This document shows positions 20,293-30,634 of a stretch of 64,000 bases of DNA, in pieces. Position numbers and translations under genes: made by a program. The stretch lies in assembly GCA_016699425.1 (NCBI GenBank), contig CP064975.1, positions 386,979-450,978 on the forward strand, given 5' to 3'. This DNA is from Candidatus Moraniibacteriota bacterium. GTDB taxonomy: Bacteria > Patescibacteriota > Minisyncoccia > Moranbacterales > UBA1568. Under the pieces are notes generated by a model, which was not told where the DNA came from, searched no databases, and was given only the letters and a program-made list of their open reading frames with translations. The stretch's first letter is position 1. Every line of letters starts with the position of its first letter.

Positions 20293-21376
20293 AGATACCC
20301 GTTGCGGTGATACCGGCCTCTGGATGCTCGTATGATTTTGTATTTTTCAGATGTGCCGCTGCGAACCACTCCTCAATTGTTTCGACGAAATAGTAATTGC
20401 TTTTTGGTGTGGCGAGGACATCAAAAGCATCATTCAATTTCATATTGAACGGGAAATGGCGGTAGTAGTTGAAGGGAAGTTTTTTCTCAAGATCGGGGAA
20501 ACCAATATCGGCAATCCAGCGACCGAAGAGGTTGATACCATGGACGACTCCGCCGGGGAGATAACAGAGCTTGTACAGGATTGGCTTGGGAAGGTGTCGG
20601 AGGACGGCACGGAGTGGCTCGTAGAAATAGAGTGCCCGCCCATTGTCTCGGCGATTGTACACCCAGATAAGGAAACGCCCGCCTTGTTTCAGTACTTTCG
20701 GAAGCGCAAGAAATCCTTGTTTCGGCTCGGGTAAGTGGTGGAGGACGCCGATGGAGTAGGCAAAGTCAAAGGCTCCATGGAACGGCATCGCATAAATGTC
20801 GGCCTGGATGATGCAGGCATTCGGTAGTTCTTTTGTCATCTCGTAAGCGACAGCGACGCTTTCGCCAAGGTCGGAGCCGATCGCCATCTCAGCGCCAGAG
20901 AGCGCAGCCCATTTCGTGAATCGACCGGACCCGCAGCCAATATCGAGCGTACGCTTTCCGGTGAGATCCGCTTCCTTTACAAAAGGGCTGAGGAAGTGGA
21001 GGAAGTTCTGTTGCTCATAGTCGTTCTCGCGATAAATGTATTTCCATTCGTAGGCGAAACTTTCCCCGGTCTTCTTTTGATGGGCGAGGAAGGCATCGAG
21101 ATCATTGATCGCATCAATCGCGCCCTGCCACTCAGCCTCGGCGCTTGCCGTAAGTCGTTCACGATACGTGCGGAAGAACGTGAGCTTTTCCTGGAGCATG
21201 TTCTGTCGAAGTTCGCCTACGAGGAAGCGCGGAATGCCATCAATGATTGGGTACCAGTTTGAGTTGCTCTCGAGGACGCCATCGACTACGTGTTCGCCGT
21301 CTTTTTTGAAGGCATTGAGGGTAATGGCTGAACCATCGATGGGGTCCGAGAACAGACTGATGAATCGTTCACGCAT
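20282..21376 (-). CDS. SAM-dependent methyltransferase with an N-terminal Trm112-like domain
   Basis: Motif I LDIGCGSGRFTKWAALSGAEMAIGSD. The N-terminal …WYPIIDGIPRF resembles Trm112p. Confidence 0.75.
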   Translation of the reverse strand: MRERFISLFSDPIDGSAITLNAFKKDGEHVVDGVLESNSNWYPIIDGIPRFLVGELRQNMLQEKLTFFRTYRERLTASAEAEWQGAIDAINDLDAFLAHQKKTGESFAYEWKYIYRENDYEQQNFLHFLSPFVKEADLTGKRTLDIGCGSGRFTKWAALSGAEMAIGSDLGESVAVAYEMTKELPNACIIQADIYAMPFHGAFDFAYSIGVLHHLPEPKQGFLALPKVLKQGGRFLIWVYNRRDNGRALYFYEPLRAVLRHLPKPILYKLCYLPGGVVHGINLFGRWIADIGFPDLEKKLPFNYYRHFPFNMKLNDAFDVLATPKSNYYFVETIEEWFAAAHLKNTKSYEHPEAGITATGIYGN

Positions 21377-21416
21377 ACGGAAAAATGTCAGGAAAACGGC
21401 TGATTACTAGGGTATT

Positions 21417-23311
21417 TTACCCCTTCCCGAAGTATTCTTCAAACCAGAGTTCGAGGGTGAGGAGAGCCCAGATATGAGGCGCAAAATTGATGTTTGTCTG
21501 ATTGTGTTGGTCAAGGATTCGTTTCACGGCATCTCGTCGGACGATTTCCCTTCGAACGAGCTCGCCATCCTGGAGTTTGACATAGGCATAGTCTCGGAGT
21601 TCGTTCCGAAACCAGTGATCGATCGGGACGCCGAAGCCCATTTTGGGCCGATCCATCACTTCATCTGGGACGATGCCGCGGAGCGCTTCTTTCAGGATAT
21701 ATTTCTTGTTGTTGACTCCCTTCAGCTTGAGCTCGAAAGGGATCTTGGCGGAGAGTTCTAGAAGATGGTGATCGAGAAAAGGCGATCGGCCTTCGAGGGA
21801 TACCGCCATGGTAGCGATATCGACCTTGGCAAGGAGATCTTCGGGGAGGTAGGTGGCAAAGTCAGCATAGAGAGCCTGTTCAGTCCGGTTTCTCGAACCT
21901 GACTCAAGAAAGTGTGTCGCTATGAGATCGTAGGTATTTGCATCCCAAACTTTTGATGCAAAGCTATCTGTGTACAGTTCAGCCTTCTGTTCATTGGTGA
22001 AGTAGGAAGTAAAGCCCATGTAGCGCTCACGATAGTCCGTTGAAAGTGTTTTCGTCAGGCGATGAAAGCGACTCGTGAGTGTATTCGGTACAGTATCAGC
22101 AAGGAGCTTTGTTACCGGAACACCGATAGTTTTTGCGAGCCAGGAAAAGTGTTCAAGGAAAAGCGAAGCCTGAAGTGCAGCATAGCGCGTGTAGCCAGCA
22201 AAGTTTTCGTCGCCTCCATCGCCATTGAGTGCTACGGTCACATGTTCACGCGTGAGTTTGGAGACATAGTAGGTCGGGAGCGCGCTTGAATCCGCATAGG
22301 GCTCCTCATAGTGTTTGACGAGCATGGGGAGAAGGTCGATAGCATGTGGCTCGACCACGAACTCGGTATGGTCAGTACCAAATGCTTCAGCGACTCGCTT
22401 CGCATAGGGGAGTTCATTGTATTTTTCTTCTTTGAATCCGATGGAAAATGTCTTTATCGGCTGTGCAGAATTCCGTGCCATCAAAGCGACGACAGCACTT
22501 GAATCGACCCCGCCCGAGAGGAAGGCTCCGATCGGTACGTCGGAAATCATGCGGAGCTTCACTGATTCCTCGAGCGTGCTTATGATACGGTTCTTCCAAT
22601 CTTCTTCCGGGAGATCGAGCTTCTCGAGTAGTCGAGCTTCCAGTAACGTTCCTTCTGGAGAATTTTGGTCTTCAAATCGAGGTGTAGATAGTGACCGGGT
22701 TCAAGCTTGGAAATCCCGACGAATCCAGTCAAAGGAGCTGGGACATACTGAAGTGTCAGATAGTGGTGTATTGCTACATAGTCAGGTTCGCGCTCGTATT
22801 CTGGCTGCGTGAGGATGGCTTTCAATTCTGAAGCAAAGAGAAACATCTTCCCATCAAAAAAATATTTGAGGGGCTTCTTGCCGACGCGATCGCGGGCCGC
22901 AAAGAGCACTTGCTCTCGCTCATCATAGATCGCAAAAGCGAACATGCCACGCAAATGATCGACGCATTTCTCTTGGTACTTGTCGTACAGCGCGAGGATG
23001 ATTTCGGTATCGGAGTGCGACTGGAACGTGTACCCGTCCTTTTCGAGGAGCGCGCGTTCCTCTTGGAAATTGTATATTTCTCCATTAAAGACGATCTCAT
23101 AGCGATTCATGTAGCGCATCGGCTGATGACCAAGCGGAGAAAGGTCAATAATAGCGAGCCGGCGATGGCCAAGTGCGACTGACCGGTCGGGCGAGAGGTA
23201 GGAACCACTATCGTCTGGTCCACGGTGACGGATGGCATCGCACATCATCTCGACGGATTCAATCGAGACCGGTGTATCAGAGAGGGAGATTTTTCCAGCG
23301 ATACCGCACAT
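21417..23311 (-). CDS. asnB: Asparagine synthase (glutamine-hydrolysing)-like amidotransferase, disrupted by an apparent frameshift
   Basis: The N-terminal ORF (22580-23311) begins MCGIAGK, the Ntn glutaminase domain, and ends …RYWKLDYS. The C-terminal ORF (21417-22562) carries the synthetase PP-loop SDVPIGAFLSGGVDSS. Its frame continues upstream as …KLDLPEEDWKNRIISTLEESVKL, so the two frames overlap around 22600-22660. Confidence 0.8.
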
Positions 23312-23323
23312 AGGCCTTTAGGA

Positions 23324-24481
23324 TTACTTTGATTTCCGAGAAATACTCTTGAAGATGTCGAGATATTGCTTGACGGCATTCGGCCAGGAGAATGTATTTT
23401 GTACGGCATCATGCGCACGTAGGCCGAGCGAACGCCGCAGCTCGCCATCATTGGCGAGGAGTTGTAGTTTTTCCCCGAGCGTTCTGATATCACCGACTGG
23501 GACGAGGAAACCATCGCTATTTCCAGTGATGATCTCTGGTGTTCCACCAACGTCAGTGGCGACGATCGCTTTCTTTAAAAGTGCGGCTTCGATGACAGAG
23601 GTCGGGATACCCTCGGAATAGCTCGGATTGACGAATATATCAAACGACTTCATCAACCCCAATGCTTCGGGGAGTGGTCGATGACCGAGGAGCATGACAG
23701 AGTTCTCGAGGGAATGCTCTTTGATGTAGGTCTCCAGTTTCGTCCTTTCTGGCCCGCTGCCGATGATGGCACAGGCGAGTCGTTTGTCACTGATACGGTC
23801 TAAGGCTTCGAGTACATGGATCACTCCTTTGCCATCGATGAGACGTCCGAGATAACCGATGATGATTTGATCGGGAAAACGTTCACGAATCTCGTTTTGT
23901 ACAGGGGCATGAAGTATTTCATCGGTCTCGACGCCACGATAGATGGTGGTGCAATCCGTGCGGCCGGAGAGTTTGGTCACAAATGCAGATGAGGCCAGTG
24001 AATTCGCCACCACCCGGTCTGCTTGACGGAGCGTGAAACGGCCAAGGGTCCAGTCATAGAGCTTGCCGATTGAGGATTTCAGAGCTGAATGAAAGTGGAC
24101 GAAATCCGAGCCGTGCTCGACGTGGAGCCAGGGGAGCTCTTGCGAACGAGCGAATCGCCATGCCATGAGTGAAGTGAAGAAGAATCGCGTGCGCGAGACG
24201 AGATGGGATGGCGTACTGTTGAGTGCCTCTCGCCACAGTTCCCAGAAATCAGAACGCCAGAATTTCGGGATAGGATAGTTATGTATCGGTTCGAAGGCAG
24301 GAAAACGGAGGACGGTAATGTTGCCTTTGGTTTCACGGACCGGGGCAGATACTGGGAGCCGTGGTGTGAAAACCAGAATACTCTCGACGGAGGGCGCGAT
24401 ATGTCGGTTGAATTCGAGGGCATGCGTTTCAAGTCCACCGATATGCGGTGGATAGAACGGGCAAAAAATGAGGAGTCGCAT
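23324..24481 (-). CDS. Glycosyltransferase family 4
   Basis: MRLLIFCPFYPPHIGGLETH… and a C-terminal GT-B domain EGIPTSVIEAALLKKAIVATDVGG. Confidence 0.85.
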   Translation of the reverse strand: MRLLIFCPFYPPHIGGLETHALEFNRHIAPSVESILVFTPRLPVSAPVRETKGNITVLRFPAFEPIHNYPIPKFWRSDFWELWREALNSTPSHLVSRTRFFFTSLMAWRFARSQELPWLHVEHGSDFVHFHSALKSSIGKLYDWTLGRFTLRQADRVVANSLASSAFVTKLSGRTDCTTIYRGVETDEILHAPVQNEIRERFPDQIIIGYLGRLIDGKGVIHVLEALDRISDKRLACAIIGSGPERTKLETYIKEHSLENSVMLLGHRPLPEALGLMKSFDIFVNPSYSEGIPTSVIEAALLKKAIVATDVGGTPEIITGNSDGFLVPVGDIRTLGEKLQLLANDGELRRSLGLRAHDAVQNTFSWPNAVKQYLDIFKSISRKSK

Positions 24482-24487
24482 ATGGCT

Positions 24488-26638
24488 TTATTGTATCAGC
24501 TCCCAAATGACTACTTCATCCTCGGGGAGGGTATAGACACGCCGAAATTCGCCTGGGTAGCGGTCGAATACCGGTAGGTCTCCCGGTCGGATGGTTTCCT
24601 GCGCTTTCATGTACGGACGATTCGCATACGGACTCTCAGTATTGGGCTTTGCATAGTAGATATAGATTTTCGGATCACTTTTCTTTGTATCGGTCTGGGG
24701 AGCAGTATCGGAAAAATTTGAGGATAGAAAAGTACGAATAAGCGTATCGTTTGCCAAGAGATCAGTAGTAATTCGCCCCCTTTCGTTAATCGGGTCAAGT
24801 GAGATGATGCGTTTGAGCGAATTATCCAGGTTTGTGATCAACGTCGCAAACGAGCGACGATAGATCTGATTCTCATTGGGAAGATTCTTACGGGCTGTTT
24901 CAAAGACACGGATATCTCGATAGAAAAGCGGGTCATTAATCTCGATGGCTGCTTCGGTCTGCGAGTGGAAACGAATGAGATTCCAGTGGCTTCCCGTGAG
25001 AATGATCCGGTTTGTGGGAAGTGATCCACGTATCCATTCTGCTGAGGAAATCTGTGTTGGTGTGATCAAGAAACGTTTTTCGCTATTGATGTAGAGCGCC
25101 GCTCCAGCATTCAGCAGCGCGGTACAAATGAGGATAAGTGATAGAGCGTTCGGCCAAAGACGCTTGGTGCTCCCGGCAAGCGCGATCATGACGAACGCAA
25201 CAACAGTAAATCCAAAGAAACCCATAGCGCGCTCGGGAAGAAGGGCGATATTGAAGAGTCGTGGGAAAACCTCACCCATGAAAAAAAAGAGGATGAGGAG
25301 GCATGTGAGAAAAACAAGTGATGCGTGCTCGGAAACGGTTCGTTCAAGAGGAATAAGTACCGGTGGTCGCCTACGATGGAAATGCCATCCGAGTGTGAGG
25401 AGACTTGCTCCGACCAGTGGTCCAAAGTAAAACGCGTAGTATCTGAGTACGCCCTGCCAGTCCCCCCATCCAACGGCATTACCGTCGACATTGATATAGG
25501 TTACCGGAAAGGCGAGATTTGGTTGGAGATGAATGATGCTCCGGAAAATTTTATCGGTCCAGCTTATGAGGAACCGTCCTATCTCGAAGAATGCCGGAAA
25601 GAGGTGGCTTGTGATGAGTATCAAGGCAAGGATTGCTGCGAGTGGGTTTTTCCTGATGTGTCCAAGGAGCTCGATACGATAGAGAAACAGGGTAAGCCCA
25701 ATCCAAGGGAGGAAGAAAAGTACGGCCATCTCGTGATAGAGCATCGAGAGAAAGAAGATACTGCCAGCCAAAAAATAGAATATGGGTCGCCGGGCGATCA
25801 GTGAATAGGTGATGAAGTAGATTCCGGAAAGAAAGGAGAGATTGAGAATAGTTTGCGGTATCGAGGAGAAGGAGTAGAGGATAAATGACCCGCACACGGC
25901 CGGCATGAGAAAGACGAGCAGAGTGTCAAAAAATCGCCGCATTCGACTGGCGACCAGTGCGGCAGGGATAAGGACGACGAGTGCAAGTGACGGCAAGAGG
26001 TATTTGAAGTATGCGTAGAGGTCAATTCCAGCGGTCTGAAAGAAAACGTAGCCGATTGATGAGAAGAGGGGTCGATGGAGTCGTATATCCGTGACGAGGT
26101 TTTCGGTGTATTCAGTTTGGAATTTTTGTAGCCAGTAGTAGGGGTCAAAATCAGGTAATGCGTAGTAGGCAGTTGTTAGGTGAAAGAACAAAACGGCGTA
26201 GAGAGTAGCCGCCAGGATTGCTGCGGGGAGAAGGTGTGGCGAATATGCTGTATCGGGCGTATCTTCCCAGAAATAGGGATGGATCCAGATGGCGATACAG
26301 CTCGTCGCTCCTGCGAGAAGAATTGGGACGAACCGTAGCCAGTCCGTCGTGGCGTGAGCCGAAAGGGTTACAGTGAGCGGCGCAGCAAAAATTGCTATGA
26401 GCACGATGACAGCAAATTTCTCAAGGAGTGATAATCGGTTTCGGCTGACCGTTTCGAGAGTTGCGGTGATATTCTGGCCATTCAAAAAAAATGCGATGCC
26501 GAGCGCGATGAGCGAGTGGATATAGCCGCCGATGATACTCTCCTGAAGCGTCGGCAAAAAAAGAAAAAAACCATAGATCCCAAAGGCGATCGTATTGATC
26601 CAGAAAAGGAGTCCGAAACCGCGATTCGTCTTAGTCAT
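24488..26638 (-). CDS. Large polytopic membrane protein (716 aa), possibly a GT-C-like glycosyltransferase or polymerase
   Basis: More than 12 TM helices followed by a C-terminal soluble domain. No diagnostic motif was found. Confidence 0.45.
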   Translation of the reverse strand: MTKTNRGFGLLFWINTIAFGIYGFFLFLPTLQESIIGGYIHSLIALGIAFFLNGQNITATLETVSRNRLSLLEKFAVIVLIAIFAAPLTVTLSAHATTDWLRFVPILLAGATSCIAIWIHPYFWEDTPDTAYSPHLLPAAILAATLYAVLFFHLTTAYYALPDFDPYYWLQKFQTEYTENLVTDIRLHRPLFSSIGYVFFQTAGIDLYAYFKYLLPSLALVVLIPAALVASRMRRFFDTLLVFLMPAVCGSFILYSFSSIPQTILNLSFLSGIYFITYSLIARRPIFYFLAGSIFFLSMLYHEMAVLFFLPWIGLTLFLYRIELLGHIRKNPLAAILALILITSHLFPAFFEIGRFLISWTDKIFRSIIHLQPNLAFPVTYINVDGNAVGWGDWQGVLRYYAFYFGPLVGASLLTLGWHFHRRRPPVLIPLERTVSEHASLVFLTCLLILFFFMGEVFPRLFNIALLPERAMGFFGFTVVAFVMIALAGSTKRLWPNALSLILICTALLNAGAALYINSEKRFLITPTQISSAEWIRGSLPTNRIILTGSHWNLIRFHSQTEAAIEINDPLFYRDIRVFETARKNLPNENQIYRRSFATLITNLDNSLKRIISLDPINERGRITTDLLANDTLIRTFLSSNFSDTAPQTDTKKSDPKIYIYYAKPNTESPYANRPYMKAQETIRPGDLPVFDRYPGEFRRVYTLPEDEVVIWELIQ

Positions 26639-26996
26639 GCAATTCCGGCGTTTTCAGTTTCTTCAAGGCATCTTCACGGGTGAAGAGTGTCACCTGCTGT
26701 TCAAGACGTTCGATAGCGGAGAGGAGCTTGAAGATCATGAGGAAGACCAGGATAAAGCCGGTGAGGATGACGGCGTTGATATTGCCCTGGATGCCGATGA
26801 GTTCGGCGAGGACATTGCTGAAATTTGGAAAGAGAGCGATCGTCGCCATGCCGCCCCAGACGACGATGCGGACACCGAGCTTGAGGATGGTTTGATGATT
26901 TTTGCCCTTGAAGTAGTCGCTCACGCCCTGATAGAGCATGAAGCCTGCGAGGATCAGGATGACCACTTGATAGAGCCGAAGCGAGCTAAAATCCAT
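26631..26996 (-). CDS. Small 4-TM membrane protein (DUF2304-like; GT2 partner)
   Basis: 121 aa and hydrophobic, located immediately downstream of the GT2 genes. Confidence 0.45.
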   Translation of the reverse strand: MDFSSLRLYQVVILILAGFMLYQGVSDYFKGKNHQTILKLGVRIVVWGGMATIALFPNFSNVLAELIGIQGNINAVILTGFILVFLMIFKLLSAIERLEQQVTLFTREDALKKLKTPELHD

Positions 26997-27008
26997 ACGC
27001 GTGATGAT

Positions 27009-27710
27009 TTAGGAAATAAGGTTCCAAACGATTTTGTAGAATGTCTTCAGGCCATTGACGAATCCTTGCTTATGGAGCTTTCCCATGGAGTAGTCAGTGT
27101 AGCGCACCTCGATGGGAACCTCCTGATATTTTAGCTTATACTGGTAGATCTCCCGAATGACTTCGCTGTCGTATTCGTAGCGATCAGTTTTGGTGTTGAT
27201 GAGTTCGGAGGCATGGCGCGAATAGGCACGGAAACCAGACTGGCTGTCTGAGACCCATAGGCCGTAGAAGTACCAGGTGATGGCATTGCCCACCCAGTTG
27301 GCGAGGAGCTTGTGCCAGGGCATGCCCCGGAAGTCCTTCAGTCGAGTACCGAGAACGACATCGCAGTGCTGCTTTTGGATCGGTTCGACGAGTCGGGAGA
27401 TATCGGCGGGATTGTGTTGACCATCACTATCCATCGTGACGATGATATCAGCACCCAGAAGTTTGGCCGCTTCAATGCCGGTTTTGGTGGCTGCCCCTTT
27501 GCCACGGTTCAACCGGTGTCGGAGAGCGATGACTCCCGGAGTAGCCTGTGCGACCGTGAATGTCGCATCGCGGCTGCCGTCGTCGACGACGATGATCTGG
27601 CGATGGCCGGCTGATTGGATTTCATGGAGGACATCACTGAGCATCTGGGATTCATTCCAGGCCGGGAGAACGATACAGACGAGATCAGGGCTAGTGGTTG
27701 AGGTGGTCAT
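27009..27710 (-). CDS. Glycosyltransferase family 2
   Basis: VCIVLPAWNESQML…IIVVDDGSRDAT. The start was chosen at MTTSTTS; the longer ORF extends to 27803. Confidence 0.8.
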   Translation of the reverse strand: MTTSTTSPDLVCIVLPAWNESQMLSDVLHEIQSAGHRQIIVVDDGSRDATFTVAQATPGVIALRHRLNRGKGAATKTGIEAAKLLGADIIVTMDSDGQHNPADISRLVEPIQKQHCDVVLGTRLKDFRGMPWHKLLANWVGNAITWYFYGLWVSDSQSGFRAYSRHASELINTKTDRYEYDSEVIREIYQYKLKYQEVPIEVRYTDYSMGKLHKQGFVNGLKTFYKIVWNLIS

Positions 27711-28482
27711 AGCGGCCAAGGGATTCATTCCAACGAATTTTGATGAGCGCGCCGAGCATATTGAGTGAGTCACGGATGATGCGGACATTGGTGTTGCGAG
27801 CATCTTTCAGGATACGGACGGGGAGGATAGCGACACGCAGGTTCATCCGGCGGGCGAGGAAGAGGAGCTCGGCATCGAAGGCGAAACGATTGATGGTGAG
27901 CGCTTCGAAGAGCGGCCGGGTTTTTTCACGGCGGAAGAGTTTGAAACCACACTGGGTATCCGAGAATTCGAAATTACCAAGGAGGAGTATCTGTAGAACA
28001 TGGAAGATTCGGGCGGTCAGAACACGGTGAAAGGGTGTTGGTTCCTCGAACACTGTCCCAGGGACGAGACGTGAGGCGATCGCCATGTCGGCATGCTCGA
28101 TAGCGGGGAAGAAATTATCGAGCTCGGTGACAGCGATCGTGAGGTCGGCATCGATCATGAGGACGAACTCGGAATTGGCGGCGAGAAATCCGGCTCGGAC
28201 CGCAGCTCCTTTTCCGCGGTTCAACGGGAATTCGATCAGATGGATGGGCAGCGCCGGATAGGCCTGCTGCATGCGTCGCATTTCAGCGGGGGTTCCGTCC
28301 GGGCTACCATCAGTGACGACGATGATCTCGTAGTGCTCGAAGCGGGTTCGGACAAATTCATCAACAATCAACACGTTTGCCGTGATGACCTCACGTTCCT
28401 TGTAGCAGGGAATGATGACAGAAAGGGATGAAAGCATTACTAAAAGGCTTAGAGAAAGCAAAACATGCCATGAGTATAGCAT
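27691..28482 (-). CDS. Glycosyltransferase family 2
   Basis: LSVIIPCYKEREVI…IIVVTDGSPDGT. The start was chosen at MLYSWHV; the longer ORF extends to 28596. Confidence 0.8.
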   Translation of the reverse strand: MLYSWHVLLSLSLLVMLSSLSVIIPCYKEREVITANVLIVDEFVRTRFEHYEIIVVTDGSPDGTPAEMRRMQQAYPALPIHLIEFPLNRGKGAAVRAGFLAANSEFVLMIDADLTIAVTELDNFFPAIEHADMAIASRLVPGTVFEEPTPFHRVLTARIFHVLQILLLGNFEFSDTQCGFKLFRREKTRPLFEALTINRFAFDAELLFLARRMNLRVAILPVRILKDARNTNVRIIRDSLNMLGALIKIRWNESLGRYDHLNH

Positions 28483-28517
28483 GTTTCGGATGAAATTTGC
28501 AGTGGTAATTGTGAGGG

Positions 28518-29453
28518 CTAGCTTTCTCGAGAGCGAGCCTTGAACCAAGTCGCAGTCGCCACGAGGCCTTCGGAGAGGGCGACTTTCGGTTCCCACTGGA
28601 GGACGGTTTTGGCTTTGCCTGCGGCGAGTGCACTCGCTTTTATTTCCCCGGATTTGGCCGGCCCATGCGATTCTTCGAAAGCTTTGCCAAATTGCCAGTT
28701 GAGCATGCGGAAGATGTCATTGACGCTCGTTTCGATGCCCGTTCCGATATGGAAGACACCTTCGGAGATGGTTGCATCAAGTGCGAGCATATTTGCTTGG
28801 GCGACATCGCCGACATAGACATAGTCGCGAGTCTGGAGACCGTCGCCATTGATGGTCGGGGTCTGGCCATCGAGGAGTCGGGTGAGGAAAATGGAGACGA
28901 CTCCAGCCTCGCCATGGGCGTTTTGCCGTGGTCCATAAACATTGGCATAGCGCAGCACGATATAAGGCAATCCATGCACCTGATGGAAGAAGCGCAGATA
29001 ATGCTCGGTGGTGAGCTTGGCGATGCCGTAGGGTGAAAGGGGTGCCGCCGGCACGGACTCCGGAGTGGGTCGAGGCGCTGTATCATCGAACATGGCCCCG
29101 CCCGTGGACGAAAAAATAAACTTCTTCACTTTATGCTTGGCAGAGAGCTCGATGAGGGAGAGGCTACCGAGGATATTGGTCGCCGCGTCTGCCGACGGAT
29201 CTTCGACTGAGGCTCGGACATTGATCTGGGCGGCGAAGTGGAGCACGGCTTCGGGTTCGGTGGTCTCGAAGATCTTTTCAAGCCGTTTCCGATTGCCAAT
29301 GTCAACTTTGTAGAATTTGGCGCGACGATTTACGTTCTCTTCGCTCCCGCTCGACAGATTGTCGATGATGGTGACGCGATGACCGCGATCGATGAGAGCG
29401 TCGGCGACATGGGAACCAATGAATCCGGCACCGCCGGTGATCAATATTCGCAT
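28518..29453 (-). CDS. galE: UDP-glucose 4-epimerase-like NAD-dependent epimerase
   Basis: MRILITGGAGFIGSH and YGIAKLTTEHY (YxxxK). Confidence 0.8.
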   Translation of the reverse strand: MRILITGGAGFIGSHVADALIDRGHRVTIIDNLSSGSEENVNRRAKFYKVDIGNRKRLEKIFETTEPEAVLHFAAQINVRASVEDPSADAATNILGSLSLIELSAKHKVKKFIFSSTGGAMFDDTAPRPTPESVPAAPLSPYGIAKLTTEHYLRFFHQVHGLPYIVLRYANVYGPRQNAHGEAGVVSIFLTRLLDGQTPTINGDGLQTRDYVYVGDVAQANMLALDATISEGVFHIGTGIETSVNDIFRMLNWQFGKAFEESHGPAKSGEIKASALAAGKAKTVLQWEPKVALSEGLVATATWFKARSRES

Positions 29454-29666
29454 AATAGGGATGAATGGATTGAAAGTAAGATTCGTGTATAGGATTCGAT
29501 GCCTGGGTGCGGTTCGACCGAGGCGCGCTTGGTCTCGGAAGCAGCAAATCAGTATATTTGTTTCAATTATTGATATTGCCGGAAAAGACTCATTTTGTCA
29601 AGATCGCACGAGTTTTATGCGTACAAACCATTTTGCTAAGAGCGCATATATCCGCTACCATAAAGC

Positions 29667-30612
29667 CATGGAAAAAAGTGATACGATGCTTTCGGTTGTG
29701 GTTCCGCTCTACAATGAGGAGGGGAACGTTTTCGAGTTGCATCGTCGAATCAAATCAGCCCTGGAGGAGATCGGAAATCCCTATGAGATCATCTTCGTTG
29801 ATGATGGCTCAAAAGACAAGACCCGCGCTGAGGCGATGGCCTGCACGCCGGTAAAGTTGGTTGTTTTCCGTAAGAATTTCGGGCAGACAGCGGCTTTCGA
29901 CGCGGGCATCAAGGCTGCAACCGGCGGCATCATTATCACGCTTGATGGTGATCTCCAGAATGATCCGGCCGATATCCCGCTCCTCCTCGAAAAGATTGAC
30001 GCTGGGTATGACGTCGTTTCAGGCTGGCGGTACAAGCGGCGGGATCCCTGGAGCAAGACGATCCCTTCCCGGATTGCGAATTTTCTCAGGACCTGCCTGA
30101 TTCACGATCGGATTCATGACTCGGGCTGCAGTTTGAAGGCGTATCGGAGAGAATGTTTCAATGACGTCGATCTCTTCGGTGAGATGCACCGGTTCATCCC
30201 GGCCATTCTCCAGCTCGAGGGGTTCCGCGTGGCCGAGGTGAAGGTCAGTCATCACCCACGTCTTCACGGAGTGACGAAATACAATTGGAAGCGGGGCATG
30301 AAAGGCTTCGTCGATATGCTCGCCATCTGGTTCTGGCGGAAATACTCGCATCGTCCGCTCCATCTGTTCGGAGGGGTCGGGGTCGTTCTGTTCCTCCTGG
30401 GATCAGCGATTCTTCTCTGGATGCTCGCGTTGAAGCTGTATTTTGGCGCCTCACTCGCGGAACGCCTCTGGCCGCTCGTCGGCATCTTCTTCACCCTCGT
30501 CGGCATCCAATTCTTCATCTCGGGCCTGTTGGCGGATATTTCTGTGAAGAGCTACTATCAAGCGCGTGGTCGGATGAATTACAACATCCGCGAAGTAATC
30601 ACGAATCGATAA
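29667..30612 (+). CDS. GT2 polyprenyl-phosphate glycosyltransferase (DPM1/GtrB/ArnC-like) with C-terminal TM helices
   Basis: Start at MEKSDTMLSVVVPLYNEEGNV…IIFVDDGSKDKT. Two C-terminal TM segments. The listed ORF start at 29392 overlaps the convergent galE. Confidence 0.8.
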
Positions 30613-30634
30613 GCTAGACGGGAACATTACGGTT

